Shown here in pieces: positions 9,420-19,509 of a stretch of 64,000 nt of DNA; position 1 is the stretch's first letter, and each line of letters begins with the position of its first letter. The stretch is from the NCBI GenBank assembly GCA_045561915.1, contig JBJKWV010000001.1, forward strand, positions 1,167 to 65,166, given 5' to 3'. Source of the stretch: Flavobacteriaceae bacterium (GTDB lineage Bacteria > Bacteroidota > Bacteroidia > Flavobacteriales > Flavobacteriaceae). The notes beneath the pieces were generated by a model. That model searched no databases. It was given only the letters and a program-made list of their open reading frames with translations, and had not been told where the DNA came from. Made by a program: the position numbers and the translations under genes.

Positions 9420-11216
9420 CTATATAAAGTACAAATTTTCTTTAATGAATCGATCAGCAATTTTAGTTCTAAGTGAATAAATATCTGGATATTCAATGTA
9501 TTCTGCATGTCTATTAACAGCATCGAGTAATTGGTTGCGTTCAGTTTTATTTCCTTCTGTTATATGAAAAATTACTTCTTTGGCTCTCTTAGTTATCAAA
9601 TTTTGAGATTCAAACACATAATTTTGGACTAATAAAATTTGAATTTCTTGCTTTTCACCTTTATTAAGGTTTTTAAGTGTTCTCAAAATGGCTGATTCAG
9701 AAAAGTAAATTTCAATCAAAATATCAGCTAAAGCTTGAAGTACTTGTTGTTCATCTTCTAAATTAGTTCCATATTTTTGAGTCGCGTTACCAGCTATCAT
9801 AAGGAATAATTGCTTAAAGTTGTCGATTAAAAGATTTTCTTGTGAAAGTGGTTCATTTTTAAGTTCTAATTTTTTTTCAGAACCCATAACCATGGTAGCT
9901 TTCATTACCGCAGGCATAAGGTCAAGATCTCCTCTCAATCCTTTTTTAAGAAGAAGTCCGATTGATAGCATCCGATTAATCTCATTTGTACCCTCATAAA
10001 TTCTTCCAATTCTTGAATCTCTCCAGGCAGATTCCATAGGTGTATCAGCTGAGAAGCCCATTCCACCAAGAATTTGAATTCCATGATCAGCACAATTTTG
10101 CATATCCTCAGAGGCTCCAACTTTTATTAATGAACACTCTATTGCAAAATCTTCTACCCCTCTTAACTCTGCTTCCTGATGACTTAACCCACTATTTACA
10201 TGATATTGAATTCTGTTTTCAATATCTGATGCAGCCCGGTAACAAGCTGACTCTCCTACGTAACAAGAGGATGCCATTTGTGCAAATTTTTCTTTTATGG
10301 CTCCAAATGATGAAATTGGTTTTTTAAATTGTACTCTTTCATTGGCATATTCAACAGATTTTGAAATCACCCTTCTTTGAGCTTCAAGACAAGCAACGCC
10401 CAATTTAATTCTTCCAACATTTAATGCATTCATAGCAATTTTAAAACCACCATTACGTTTTCCTAACATATTTTCAACTGGGACTCTAGTTTTGTTAAAG
10501 AAAACTTGGCGTGTTGATGATGCATGTATTCCCAATTTATTTTCTTCTTCTCCAAGTTCTATTCCGTTATTATCGTCTTTAGGAACAATAAATCCTGTAA
10601 TGTTTTTGTCATCACTAATCCGGGCGAAAACAATAAATAAACTTGCAAATCCAGCATTTGAAATCCACATTTTTTGTCCAGTAATCTCATAAAATTTTCC
10701 ATCATCAGATAACACAGCTTTTGTTTTACCTGAGTTTGCATCAGATCCAGCTCCAGGCTCAGTAAGACAATAAGATGCAAACCATTCTCCGGAGGCAAGT
10801 TTTGGAAGATATTCTTGCTTTTGTTTTTCAGTGCCATACAATAAGATTGGCAGTATTCCAATACCTGTGTGAGCTCCAAATGCAGTAGATATAGAGCCAG
10901 ATGCTCCGGAAATGTAATCACAAACTAGCATAGTAGAAACAAAACCCATTCCCATACCACCATAATTTTCAGGAACAGGGATGCTTAAAAAACCTAAATC
11001 ACCAGCTTTTTTCATTAGTGATTCTGTAAGTGCATAATCTTTCTTTTCAAACCTTTGTTTGTTTGGCCAAACTTCTCTGTCAACAAATTCAATGACCGAT
11101 TCCTTCATCATTTTTTGTTCTTCACTAAAGTCTTCTGGAGTAAAAACTTGATTTGGTTTTGTTTTTGAAATTAGGAAATCTCCTCCATTTATTTCTTTCG
11201 TTGCAATTTTTTCCAT
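9420..11216 (-). CDS. Long-form acyl-CoA dehydrogenase (FadE-like)
   Basis: 598 aa with ACAD signatures YCLTEPGAGSDANSG and RIYEGTNEINRMLI, plus a C-terminal helical extension typical of ~600-aa ACADs. Confidence 0.85.
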   Translation of the reverse strand: MEKIATKEINGGDFLISKTKPNQVFTPEDFSEEQKMMKESVIEFVDREVWPNKQRFEKKDYALTESLMKKAGDLGFLSIPVPENYGGMGMGFVSTMLVCDYISGASGSISTAFGAHTGIGILPILLYGTEKQKQEYLPKLASGEWFASYCLTEPGAGSDANSGKTKAVLSDDGKFYEITGQKMWISNAGFASLFIVFARISDDKNITGFIVPKDDNNGIELGEEENKLGIHASSTRQVFFNKTRVPVENMLGKRNGGFKIAMNALNVGRIKLGVACLEAQRRVISKSVEYANERVQFKKPISSFGAIKEKFAQMASSCYVGESACYRAASDIENRIQYHVNSGLSHQEAELRGVEDFAIECSLIKVGASEDMQNCADHGIQILGGMGFSADTPMESAWRDSRIGRIYEGTNEINRMLSIGLLLKKGLRGDLDLMPAVMKATMVMGSEKKLELKNEPLSQENLLIDNFKQLFLMIAGNATQKYGTNLEDEQQVLQALADILIEIYFSESAILRTLKNLNKGEKQEIQILLVQNYVFESQNLITKRAKEVIFHITEGNKTERNQLLDAVNRHAEYIEYPDIYSLRTKIADRFIKENLYFI

Positions 11217-11218
11217 GA

Positions 11219-11668
11219 TTATATAGTTTTTAATTCTGTTGTAAAATGTTCAAAATTTTGAGAATTTTCTTTGATGCAATTCATCACTTCAAAAAAAATA
11301 TTGATTTTCTCTGCATTTAAAGAATCTTCAATTTTTTTATTGAAATGTAAAACAACTGCTTTTGAATCATCCCTTTTTTCTTTTCCAAATGACGTCAAAT
11401 GAATCAATATACTTCTCCCATCATTTGGATTTTGGGTGCGATAGATTAATTTACGCTCTTCCATTGTGCTTAATAATCGCGATAAGCTAGTTGATTCCAT
11501 TCCCATTTTAGGACCCAGAGTAGTTGATGGAGTTCCATCAGGATCAATACTTAATAAAGCGAAGCCTGTTGCCATTGTCGAGTCAAACTTGCTTGCCTCT
11601 TTATTGTACATTCTACTTACCAACTGCCATGTAGATCTTAGTGCGCTATCAAAGGTTTCTTGTTTCAT
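11219..11668 (-). CDS. MarR-family transcriptional regulator
   Basis: 149 aa with a winged helix-turn-helix (LSRLLSTMEERKLIYRTQNPNDGRSILIHLTSFGKEK). Its stop is 2 nt upstream of the ACAD start, so the two are probably co-transcribed. Confidence 0.75.
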   Translation of the reverse strand: MKQETFDSALRSTWQLVSRMYNKEASKFDSTMATGFALLSIDPDGTPSTTLGPKMGMESTSLSRLLSTMEERKLIYRTQNPNDGRSILIHLTSFGKEKRDDSKAVVLHFNKKIEDSLNAEKINIFFEVMNCIKENSQNFEHFTTELKTI

Positions 11669-11692
11669 TTTGTCAAATGTAAAAAATTTTAT

Positions 11693-11704
11693 TATGCATG
11701 CATA
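11693..11704. promoter_or_regulatory. Perfect 12-bp palindrome TATGCATGCATA upstream of the marR-like gene (candidate operator)
   Basis: Read directly from the sequence. It lies 25-36 nt upstream of the ATG at 11668, between the fadD-like terminator and the marR start. The operator role is inferred only. Confidence 0.35.
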
Positions 11705-11712
11705 GTAAATTT

Positions 11713-11752
11713 AAAAAAAAAGTGGCTTAATTTATTTTGATAATTAAGCCAC
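11713..11752 (-). terminator. Intrinsic terminator after the fatty-acid-CoA ligase gene
   Basis: The minus strand reads GTGGCTTAATT-atcaaaata-AATTAAGCCAC followed by T9. This is an 11-bp perfect stem about 28 nt after the stop at 11780. Confidence 0.75.
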
Positions 11753-11779
11753 AATTGAATAAAAAAAATAATTTACAAG

Positions 11780-13546
11780 CTAGCTATATATTTGATCGAT
11801 TAAATCCTTGTACTTCTCTGAAACTACTTTTCTTTTTAGCTTCATAGTTGGCGTTAGATGTCCATCATCAATTGTCCATTCATCTGGAGTGAGCTCAATT
11901 TTTTTAATTTGTTCCCATGAACCAAAGTTTTGGTTATGTAGATTAATTTCTTTTTCAATGGCTTCAACAAGAAGTGGTTCTTTAATTGCGTTTTTGAGAG
12001 AATCACAAATAATATTGTTTTCTTTAAGCCAGTTGATTGCATGTTCCAAATTAGGTTGAATTAAAGCTGCAGGCATTTTTCTTCCTGCACCCACAACCAT
12101 AATTTGTTCTATAAATAATGATTGTTTCATTTGATTTTCAATAACTGCAGGTGCAATATATTTTCCACCAGAAGTTTTAAACATTTCTTTTTTACGATCA
12201 GTAATTTTTAGAAAACCTTCAGAATCAATCTCTCCTATATCCCCAGTGTGGAAATAGTCTCCCGACATAACACTTTGAGTCATTTCTTCTTCTTTATAAT
12301 ATCCCATCATAACATTTGGGCCTTTACAAAGAATTTCTCCATCCTCGGCAATTTTTACCTCGACACCATCAATAATTTTCCCAACTGTACCAATTTTAAA
12401 ATTATTATTTCTCATATCACCTACTGAAATTACAGGAGAGGTCTCAGTTAGACCGTATCCTTCAACAAGAGTCATTCCTGCAGCTGTAAATACCCTGGCA
12501 AGTCTGGGTTGTAATGGAGCACTTCCTGAACAGATTTGCTCTAAATTTCCTCCAAGTGCCTCTTTCCATTTAGAAAGAATGAGTTTTTTAGCAATTTTTA
12601 ATTTTAATTCATACCAAGCTCCATTTTGACCATAGGGCTGGTACTGCAGACCAATATTAACTGCCCAATAAAAAAGACTTTTCTTGATACCAGAAAGATC
12701 ACCACCACGGGCATAAATCTTATCATATACTTTTTCAAGTAGACGTGGGACTGCAGTCATTACATTTGGTTTAATTTCTTTAAGATTGTCAGCAATAGTT
12801 TCTATAGATTCAGCAAAGTAAACCGAAACACTATTGTACATGTATAAATACAAAATAACACGTTCGAAAATATGACAAATTGGTAAAAAGCTTAATGCTG
12901 ATGCCTCTCCAATATTTAAAGGAAGGCGTTTGGAACTTGCAATTACATTAGAAACTACATTATTGTGACTTAGCATAACTCCTTTCGGCACACCAGTAGT
13001 ACCTGAAGTATAAATGATAGTAGCTAAATCATTAGATTTTACTTTTTCTCGCATTTCAGATACGGTTTGATCATGATCCATTTTAGAGCCTTCTTCTAAT
13101 AGCCCCGACCAATTTGCACATCCTTTTATCTGATCAAAACTGAATACTTTTTTTAGTGAACTAACATTATTTTTTATGGCTATAACTTTATCATAAACTT
13201 CTTGATCAGAAACAAAACAATAAATACTTTCTGAATGATTCAAAATGTATTCGTAATCTTTAGATGAAATGGTAGGGTATAAGGGGACATTTACTGCTCC
13301 TAAAGTTAATAAGCCAACATCCATAATACTCCATTCAGAGCGATTGTTTGATGTGATCATGGCAATTTTATCTCCAGCTTTGATTCCCATACTAACCAGC
13401 GCTCTACTTATTGCTCTAGACTTATTTATGAATTCTTCTGAAGAAATATTATCCCATTTTCCTTCATATTTTGTTGAAAATGCTTTATCGAGTGGAGCAT
13501 TTTGATGCTGATATTCTATAAATTCAAATAATCTTGTTGGTTCCAT
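11780..13546 (-). CDS. Long-chain fatty acid--CoA ligase (AMP-dependent synthetase)
   Basis: 588 aa with AMP-binding motifs IIYTSGTTGVPKGVMLSH, GYGLTETSP and YFHTGDIGEIDSEGFLKITDRKKE. Confidence 0.85.
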   Translation of the reverse strand: MEPTRLFEFIEYQHQNAPLDKAFSTKYEGKWDNISSEEFINKSRAISRALVSMGIKAGDKIAMITSNNRSEWSIMDVGLLTLGAVNVPLYPTISSKDYEYILNHSESIYCFVSDQEVYDKVIAIKNNVSSLKKVFSFDQIKGCANWSGLLEEGSKMDHDQTVSEMREKVKSNDLATIIYTSGTTGVPKGVMLSHNNVVSNVIASSKRLPLNIGEASALSFLPICHIFERVILYLYMYNSVSVYFAESIETIADNLKEIKPNVMTAVPRLLEKVYDKIYARGGDLSGIKKSLFYWAVNIGLQYQPYGQNGAWYELKLKIAKKLILSKWKEALGGNLEQICSGSAPLQPRLARVFTAAGMTLVEGYGLTETSPVISVGDMRNNNFKIGTVGKIIDGVEVKIAEDGEILCKGPNVMMGYYKEEEMTQSVMSGDYFHTGDIGEIDSEGFLKITDRKKEMFKTSGGKYIAPAVIENQMKQSLFIEQIMVVGAGRKMPAALIQPNLEHAINWLKENNIICDSLKNAIKEPLLVEAIEKEINLHNQNFGSWEQIKKIELTPDEWTIDDGHLTPTMKLKRKVVSEKYKDLIDQIYS

Positions 13547-13602
13547 CTGTTTGTTTTACTGCAAAATAGGAAATATTATGAAACTAATGAAGAAGTAATT
13601 AA

Positions 13603-16600
13603 TTATGCCTTATTAATAATCCAATTGTAGGCATTCTCAAAAACCATTATCCAAGGACTTATTTCATCAGAATGATTTTTAGGGTAGTGTCCCCAATTCC
13701 ATGGGAATATAGATCTTTCTAAATGTGGCATCATAACTAAATGACGTCCATCTTCACTTGAAAGCATGGCTGCATTGAAATCAGAGCCATTGGGGTTTGA
13801 AGGGTAGTTTTGATAGAGATATTTTGCAGGTATTTGGTAATTACTCTCATCTTGAGGAAAAGAGAATTTCCCTTCAGCATGTGCAGCCCAGATCCCTAAA
13901 ATACTACCTTCAAGTCCATTAAGCATGATAGCTTTACTTTTTTCAATCGCGACCGCAGTAAAAATACATTCAAATTTTCCTGAATCATTGTGTAGCATTT
14001 TTGGTTTTCTATTATGGTTTGGAGTTATTAAACCCAGTTCAACAAATAATTGACAACCATTGCAAACACCAAGTGAAAGAGTATCTGTTCGGCTAAAGAA
14101 ATTTTCAATTGCCGATTTAGCTTTTGGATTGTATTTAAATGCACCTGCCCATCCTTTGGCTGATCCCAAAACATCTGAGTTAGAAAACCCTCCAACTGCA
14201 ACAAGAAGATTTATATCTTCAAGGTTTTCTCTACCCTCGATTAAATCTGTCATGTGAACATCACGTACTTCAAAACCACTTAAATCCATCATGTAGGCCA
14301 TTTCACGTTCAGAGTTACTTCCCTTTTCTCTAATTACAGCTGCTTTTAAAGTATTCTGTTTTTGAAAGGGTATTTTACCATTAAACTTATTTGGGAAATT
14401 AAATTTTAGTGGTTGATTAATAACATTTTTAGCTCTTTTAGCTGCCAGAGAAGTTTTTGTTTGATGTAACTCAAGTTTTGTTGATGTGGCCATCCAAGTA
14501 TTTCTCAAATAAGAAATTGACAATTGAAGTTTTCCTACACTTAATATATTTTGTTTAATAGTTTTGCCAATCTTAATTGCTTTAACACCATATTTATCGA
14601 ATGAATACGTCAAGTTTTCTTTAGATTGAAGTACTACTCCTACTTTTTCAGAAAAAAGAATTTTTACTAAGTCAGTTTCTTGTAGTCCATCAAAATTAAT
14701 ATTCATACCAACAGAAATAGAAGGAAAACATAATTCTAGCAAAGTAGTGATTAAACCTCCAGACCCGATATCATGACCAGCACTAACTTTTCCACTTGAA
14801 ATATGATCTTGAACTGCATTAAAAGCTTTTTTAAAATATGAAGCATCTTGAACAGATGGTGTTTCATTTCCAATACAATTTTGGCTTTGAGCAAAAGATG
14901 AGCCACCTAAATGAAACTTATCTTGCGCAAAGTCAATATAGTAGATTTCACCCCCATCAACTGAAGCTAAAGGTGATATAACGTTAGATATATCTTTACA
15001 CTGACCTGCCGCAGAAATAATGACTGTTCCTGGCGCTAATACATCTCCATCAGAGTATTTTTGTTTCATGGAAAGGGAGTCCTTTCCTGTGGGGATATTA
15101 ATGCCTAAAGAAATAGCAAAATCAGAACACTCCTGAACAGCTTCATATAAACGAGCATCCTCTCCCGGATTATTACAAGGCCACATCCAATTAGCAGAAA
15201 GGGAAACACTCTCAAGTCCCTTTTCAAGAGGCGCAAATACTATATTAGTTAATGCTTCTGCGATTGCGGTATTACTTCCTTTCTTAGCACTAATTAATCC
15301 ACTAACAGGTGCATGCCCAATTGAAGTAGCAATCCCTTTTTCCCCTTTATAATCTAGTGCAATTACACCACAATTACTTAATGGTAATTGAAGCTCTCCA
15401 ACACATTGTTGTTGAGCTACTCGACCAGTTACACATCGGTCAACTTTATTAGTTAACCAATCTTTACTGGCAACTGCCTCTATTTGAAGAACTTTAACTA
15501 TATATTTCTCAATTTCTTTTTTAGTGTATGATAATTCTCCATAAAGATGACTAATTGAAGTGTCTTCCATAACTGTTTTTGGTGAACTTCCAAAAAAGGC
15601 AGAAAGTTTCAAGTCAATTGGTGTTTCATTAGTTTTCTTACTGTGAAATGAAAATGTATGATCATCGGTTACTTCACCAACTACGAAAAATGGGGCACGC
15701 TCGCGTCGAGCAATATTTTCTAAATGTTCGGAATCCTTTGGAGAAAGAATCAGTCCCATGCGCTCTTGAGATTCATTACCGATAATTTCTTTAGCAGATA
15801 GAGTAGGATCCCCTAGAGGTAGTTCATCAATTTCTATAATCCCACCAGAGTCTTCAACTAGTTCTGATAAACAATTCAAGTGACCGCCTGCTCCATGGTC
15901 ATGGATTGATATTATTGGGTTATAGTTACTTTCAACTAGAGCACGAATAGCATTTGCTACACGTTTTTGCATTTCAGGATTTGAACGTTGAACAGCATTT
16001 AGCTCAATAGCACTTGCAAAAGCACCTGTATCAGCTGAAGAAACTGCAGCTCCACCCATACCAATTCTATAATTATCCCCTCCTAGGATAATAATTTTAT
16101 CACCTTTTTTGGGTAGGCCTTTTTGAGCCTGATCTTTTTTACCATAACCAATTCCTCCCGCAAGCATAATAACTTTATCAAACCCTAAACGCTTTCCATT
16201 TTCTTCATGCTCAAAAGTTAGTAAAGAACCGGAAATTAGGGGTTGACCAAATTTATTTCCAAAATCTGATGCTCCATTTGAGGCTTTAATTAATATTTCA
16301 ATTGGGGTTTGATAAAGCCATTTACGTTCTTTAAATGGAATATCTTTCCAATCATCTTGAATTCTTGAATAGGGAGTCATATATACAGCTGTTCCAGCAA
16401 GAGGGAGCGATCCTTTTCCACCAGCTAAACGATCTCGGATTTCTCCTCCAGATCCAGTAGCAGCACCGTTAAAGGGTTCAACGGTTGTGGGAAAGTTATG
16501 AGTTTCTGCTTTTATTGAAATGACACTATCAATATTTTTTTTCACATATCTGCTTGGACGTTCAGGACTTTCAGGGGCAAACTGTTCTATTCTCGGACCT

Positions 16601-17241
16601 TCTATGAAAGCAACATTATCTTTGTAAGCTGAAACAATTGTATTAGGATTTTCTTTCGAGGTTTTTTTAATTAAGTTGAAAAGACTACTCTCTTGTATTT
16701 TTCCATCGATAATAAATTCTCCATTAAATATTTTATGTCGACAGTGTTCAGAGTTCACTTGTGAAAATCCAAATACTTCTGAGTCGGTTAGGGGTCTTTT
16801 TAAAGATTTAGCTAAATTCTTTAAATACTTTATTTCATCGGAGTTAAGCGCCAAACCTTCTTTTTGATTATATGCATCAATATTTTGAACTTTTAGAACT
16901 TTTTTTGGTTTGATATTGACTGTGAAAAGGTTTTGATTCAAACCATCAATTTCTATGACCAACATAGGGTCAATTACCTCGACTATGTTTTTATTTAAGT
17001 ATTCTTCAATACGAAGAATTTCTTTAATACCCATATTTTGTGTTATCTCAACAGCATTTGTACTCCATGGGCTAATCATATTTGCCCTTGGACCTAGAAA
17101 ATTTCCGGTGATTGTTGGGTTTTTAATCTGAGGTGAATCGCCAAAAAGCCATTTTAGTTTATTAATGTTTTGTGAAGTTATGGGTGAAGAAATTTCTACA
17201 ACAAATACCTTGGCTGCAGAATCACCAAAAAACAATAACAT
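13603..17241 (-). CDS. purL: Phosphoribosylformylglycinamidine (FGAM) synthase, single-chain large form
   Basis: 1212 aa. It has an N-terminal PurS-like region, duplicated AIR-synthase-like domains, and a C-terminal class-I glutamine amidotransferase domain (LGVCNGCQ..HAEGKF). Confidence 0.93.
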   Translation of the reverse strand: MLLFFGDSAAKVFVVEISSPITSQNINKLKWLFGDSPQIKNPTITGNFLGPRANMISPWSTNAVEITQNMGIKEILRIEEYLNKNIVEVIDPMLVIEIDGLNQNLFTVNIKPKKVLKVQNIDAYNQKEGLALNSDEIKYLKNLAKSLKRPLTDSEVFGFSQVNSEHCRHKIFNGEFIIDGKIQESSLFNLIKKTSKENPNTIVSAYKDNVAFIEGPRIEQFAPESPERPSRYVKKNIDSVISIKAETHNFPTTVEPFNGAATGSGGEIRDRLAGGKGSLPLAGTAVYMTPYSRIQDDWKDIPFKERKWLYQTPIEILIKASNGASDFGNKFGQPLISGSLLTFEHEENGKRLGFDKVIMLAGGIGYGKKDQAQKGLPKKGDKIIILGGDNYRIGMGGAAVSSADTGAFASAIELNAVQRSNPEMQKRVANAIRALVESNYNPIISIHDHGAGGHLNCLSELVEDSGGIIEIDELPLGDPTLSAKEIIGNESQERMGLILSPKDSEHLENIARRERAPFFVVGEVTDDHTFSFHSKKTNETPIDLKLSAFFGSSPKTVMEDTSISHLYGELSYTKKEIEKYIVKVLQIEAVASKDWLTNKVDRCVTGRVAQQQCVGELQLPLSNCGVIALDYKGEKGIATSIGHAPVSGLISAKKGSNTAIAEALTNIVFAPLEKGLESVSLSANWMWPCNNPGEDARLYEAVQECSDFAISLGINIPTGKDSLSMKQKYSDGDVLAPGTVIISAAGQCKDISNVISPLASVDGGEIYYIDFAQDKFHLGGSSFAQSQNCIGNETPSVQDASYFKKAFNAVQDHISSGKVSAGHDIGSGGLITTLLELCFPSISVGMNINFDGLQETDLVKILFSEKVGVVLQSKENLTYSFDKYGVKAIKIGKTIKQNILSVGKLQLSISYLRNTWMATSTKLELHQTKTSLAAKRAKNVINQPLKFNFPNKFNGKIPFQKQNTLKAAVIREKGSNSEREMAYMMDLSGFEVRDVHMTDLIEGRENLEDINLLVAVGGFSNSDVLGSAKGWAGAFKYNPKAKSAIENFFSRTDTLSLGVCNGCQLFVELGLITPNHNRKPKMLHNDSGKFECIFTAVAIEKSKAIMLNGLEGSILGIWAAHAEGKFSFPQDESNYQIPAKYLYQNYPSNPNGSDFNAAMLSSEDGRHLVMMPHLERSIFPWNWGHYPKNHSDEISPWIMVFENAYNWIINKA

Positions 17242-17382
17242 AGAAACTAATTTTAAAATTTAAAAATACACCTTTTCTAGTATTTTTTTGTGCTTATGTA
17301 TTCCTTAAGGAACTAAGTTGTTGTCAAGTTATTCACAACTATTTTTATGCTAAATAATAAATAGAAATATGATTACGAAAGC

Positions 17383-18594
17383 TTAACTTTTTATCAATCT
17401 AGCCATGTAAAAACCATCTCCTTTTGACTGATGGGTCAGAAACGTTTCTTCTTTTTCTAGATAAAAAAATTTCCCCAAACCTGTTGCAAGAAAATTTTTT
17501 ATTTGATTTTCATTTTCATCTGGAAAAATTGAACAAGTTGAATAAACTAAAATACCACCCCTTTTTACATAAATCGACTGTTTTTGAAGTATCTCTTGTT
17601 GGATATAAATTAATTTCTGAATATTAGTCGGGTTCATTTGCCACTTAGCAGCAGGATTTCTTCTCAGCACACCAAGACCGCTGCATGGAGCGTCAATTAG
17701 TACCAAATCAGCATTTGTTTTGTATTTTTTCTCATAGTTTTCATTGTTTAAGTTATGAATTGTAACTATGCGAATTCCATTTCTTTTAATTCTAATTTTA
17801 AGTTGTTCTAATTTTTTATTATTAGGATCTAACGCTATAATACTACCCTTATTTTGCATGATATTAGCCATGTGAAGAGTTTTTCCGCCTGCTCCTGCAC
17901 AAGCATCAATAACAGTCATTCCTGGTTTTGGTGCAGCAAAAACTGACACTCTCTGAGAATTGGCATCTTGAATTTCAAACCATCCTTTCCTAAATAATTC
18001 TAAATGATCTAATTTTCGATGTTTGTCTAGAAATAATGCGTAAGGATATTCTGGTGTTTTTTTAGATTCAATTGCATATTTTTTTTTAAAAATATTTTGT
18101 AGTTTTTCAGCTGTTGTACGAAATATATTTACTCTCAGTACAAGAGGAGCTGTCTCATTTAAACTTTCAATCTCTTTTTCCCATAAAGTTTTTCCAAAAC
18201 TTTTTATACCCAAATCGTCTAGCCAATCTGGTATCGATTGCTTTATTGCTCTTGATTTACTTTTTGGGTTTAATTTAAAATTAATAGATTTTTTGTTTAT
18301 TTCTGAAAAATTTTCCCAGTCAGGTAGAGGAATATCTTTGTATAGTATCCAAACACCTAATAGATTCCAATAATAGCGATCTAATTTTGGATCAAGTTTG
18401 CCCATTTCAGAAAATTTTCTTTTCCATCGGATGATTTCAAGAACAGCCTCTCCTATAAACCTTCTGTCACGAGACCCCCAATTTCTGTTTGTTTTTAGGA
18501 GCTGTTTTAGTGATGATTTTAAAGCTTTTTTATCTTTTAGGATCATTTCAAGACATGAAATAATTCCTAGTGCAAGATTTTGGTGCAACTTCAT
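17383..18594 (-). CDS. RsmB/NOP2/Sun-family RNA (cytosine-C5) methyltransferase
   Basis: 403 aa with a SAM-binding block (IDACAGAGGKT) and catalytic Cys blocks (LIDAPCSGLGVLRRNP, VYSTCS). Confidence 0.8.
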   Translation of the reverse strand: MKLHQNLALGIISCLEMILKDKKALKSSLKQLLKTNRNWGSRDRRFIGEAVLEIIRWKRKFSEMGKLDPKLDRYYWNLLGVWILYKDIPLPDWENFSEINKKSINFKLNPKSKSRAIKQSIPDWLDDLGIKSFGKTLWEKEIESLNETAPLVLRVNIFRTTAEKLQNIFKKKYAIESKKTPEYPYALFLDKHRKLDHLELFRKGWFEIQDANSQRVSVFAAPKPGMTVIDACAGAGGKTLHMANIMQNKGSIIALDPNNKKLEQLKIRIKRNGIRIVTIHNLNNENYEKKYKTNADLVLIDAPCSGLGVLRRNPAAKWQMNPTNIQKLIYIQQEILQKQSIYVKRGGILVYSTCSIFPDENENQIKNFLATGLGKFFYLEKEETFLTHQSKGDGFYMARLIKS

Positions 18595-18608
18595 TAGACA
18601 AATCTAGG

Positions 18609-19094
18609 CTAATTTTGATCTTTTTTATTCTTAGAATCGTTTCTTCTTTTTTTAAATAATTCACGATTAAAATTCTTCTCTTGGTAAAGAATACTTAGAA
18701 CAATTTCAGGGCGAATTTTTTTTAGAAGTCTTCGATTACGCTTATGCTTCATTTCCATACCCTTTAATTCGTATGAATCGAAATCATAAATTAAATCCAT
18801 CGCTTCTGAAGAAGATATTTTATCAATTAACTCTCTTTTATTTTTTCCATTAAAAGCGTTATGCTTTTTGACAACTTTAGACCATACATCATTGTGATAA
18901 TTATTCTCGTAATCTTCAAAAATACATTTATATATTTCGAGTTCTTCAGGATTCATAGATGTATTTTTTATAATGTAATTTAACTTCCATGCCTTAAGTT
19001 CTTCAAATCTAGATATTTCTTCTTGGCTGTAAGCACTTTTAATAACTGTAAATATTGTTAAAAAGAGTAGTGAGAAATTAATTTTAATTTTCAT
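18609..19094 (-). CDS. Secreted hypothetical protein, third gene of the ECF sigma module
   Basis: I place the start at the ATG at 19094 (MKIKINFSLLFLTIFTVIKSAYSQ is a clean signal peptide), one base after the upstream stop. The track's 19136 start would overlap that gene. The protein is helical and highly charged with a basic tail. I recognise no family with confidence. Confidence 0.6.
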   Translation of the reverse strand: MKIKINFSLLFLTIFTVIKSAYSQEEISRFEELKAWKLNYIIKNTSMNPEELEIYKCIFEDYENNYHNDVWSKVVKKHNAFNGKNKRELIDKISSSEAMDLIYDFDSYELKGMEMKHKRNRRLLKKIRPEIVLSILYQEKNFNRELFKKRRNDSKNKKDQN

Positions 19095-19095
19095 A

Positions 19096-19509
19096 CTATG
19101 GTTTTGGAGAATATTTAAGAGTAGTTTCAATATCATTTTCGTCTAACATAGATAAAATTTCATATGTGTTTAGGTCTTCCAGATAATATGATTCGACAAA
19201 GTCTTCAAAAACTTCTTCTTTTTCAATAATAATAGGTTTTTCAGACAAGAAAATATTGTAAAAAAGTGAAATCGAGACTGCTATTCCAGTTAGAGCTAAT
19301 AATGAACCCTTTAATTTCTTATTGTTTTTACGTTTTGAAATTTTATAGGTTTTTTTAATAATTTCTTTTTCTAATTTATTAAAGTAATCCTTAGGTATAT
19401 TATACCCGTAAGCATTTAAATTTATTTTTGTTTTTTTCAACAGTTTCTCTTCAAGTATGTTGAAATAACCTTTCGGTACTTGAAAAGGGTTATGATTTTT
19501 ATATTTCAT
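19096..19509 (-). CDS. Putative membrane-anchored anti-sigma factor
   Basis: 137 aa with one central TM helix (GSLLALTGIAVSISLFYNIF). It overlaps the ECF sigma gene by 11 nt. The position and topology are typical of anti-sigma partners, but no conserved motif was recognised. Confidence 0.5.
   Translation of the reverse strand: MKYKNHNPFQVPKGYFNILEEKLLKKTKINLNAYGYNIPKDYFNKLEKEIIKKTYKISKRKNNKKLKGSLLALTGIAVSISLFYNIFLSEKPIIIEKEEVFEDFVESYYLEDLNTYEILSMLDENDIETTLKYSPKP

Noticed and set aside
17301-17312. Perfect palindrome TTCCTTAAGGAA and the nearby inverted repeat AGTTGT..ACAACT in the rsmB-like/purL intergenic region
   Set aside because: It could be a regulator site or a weak terminator for the rsmB-like gene. 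However, the stems are short, no U-run follows, and 12-bp AT-rich palindromes are expected by chance at this composition. I have no second copy to support a motif.
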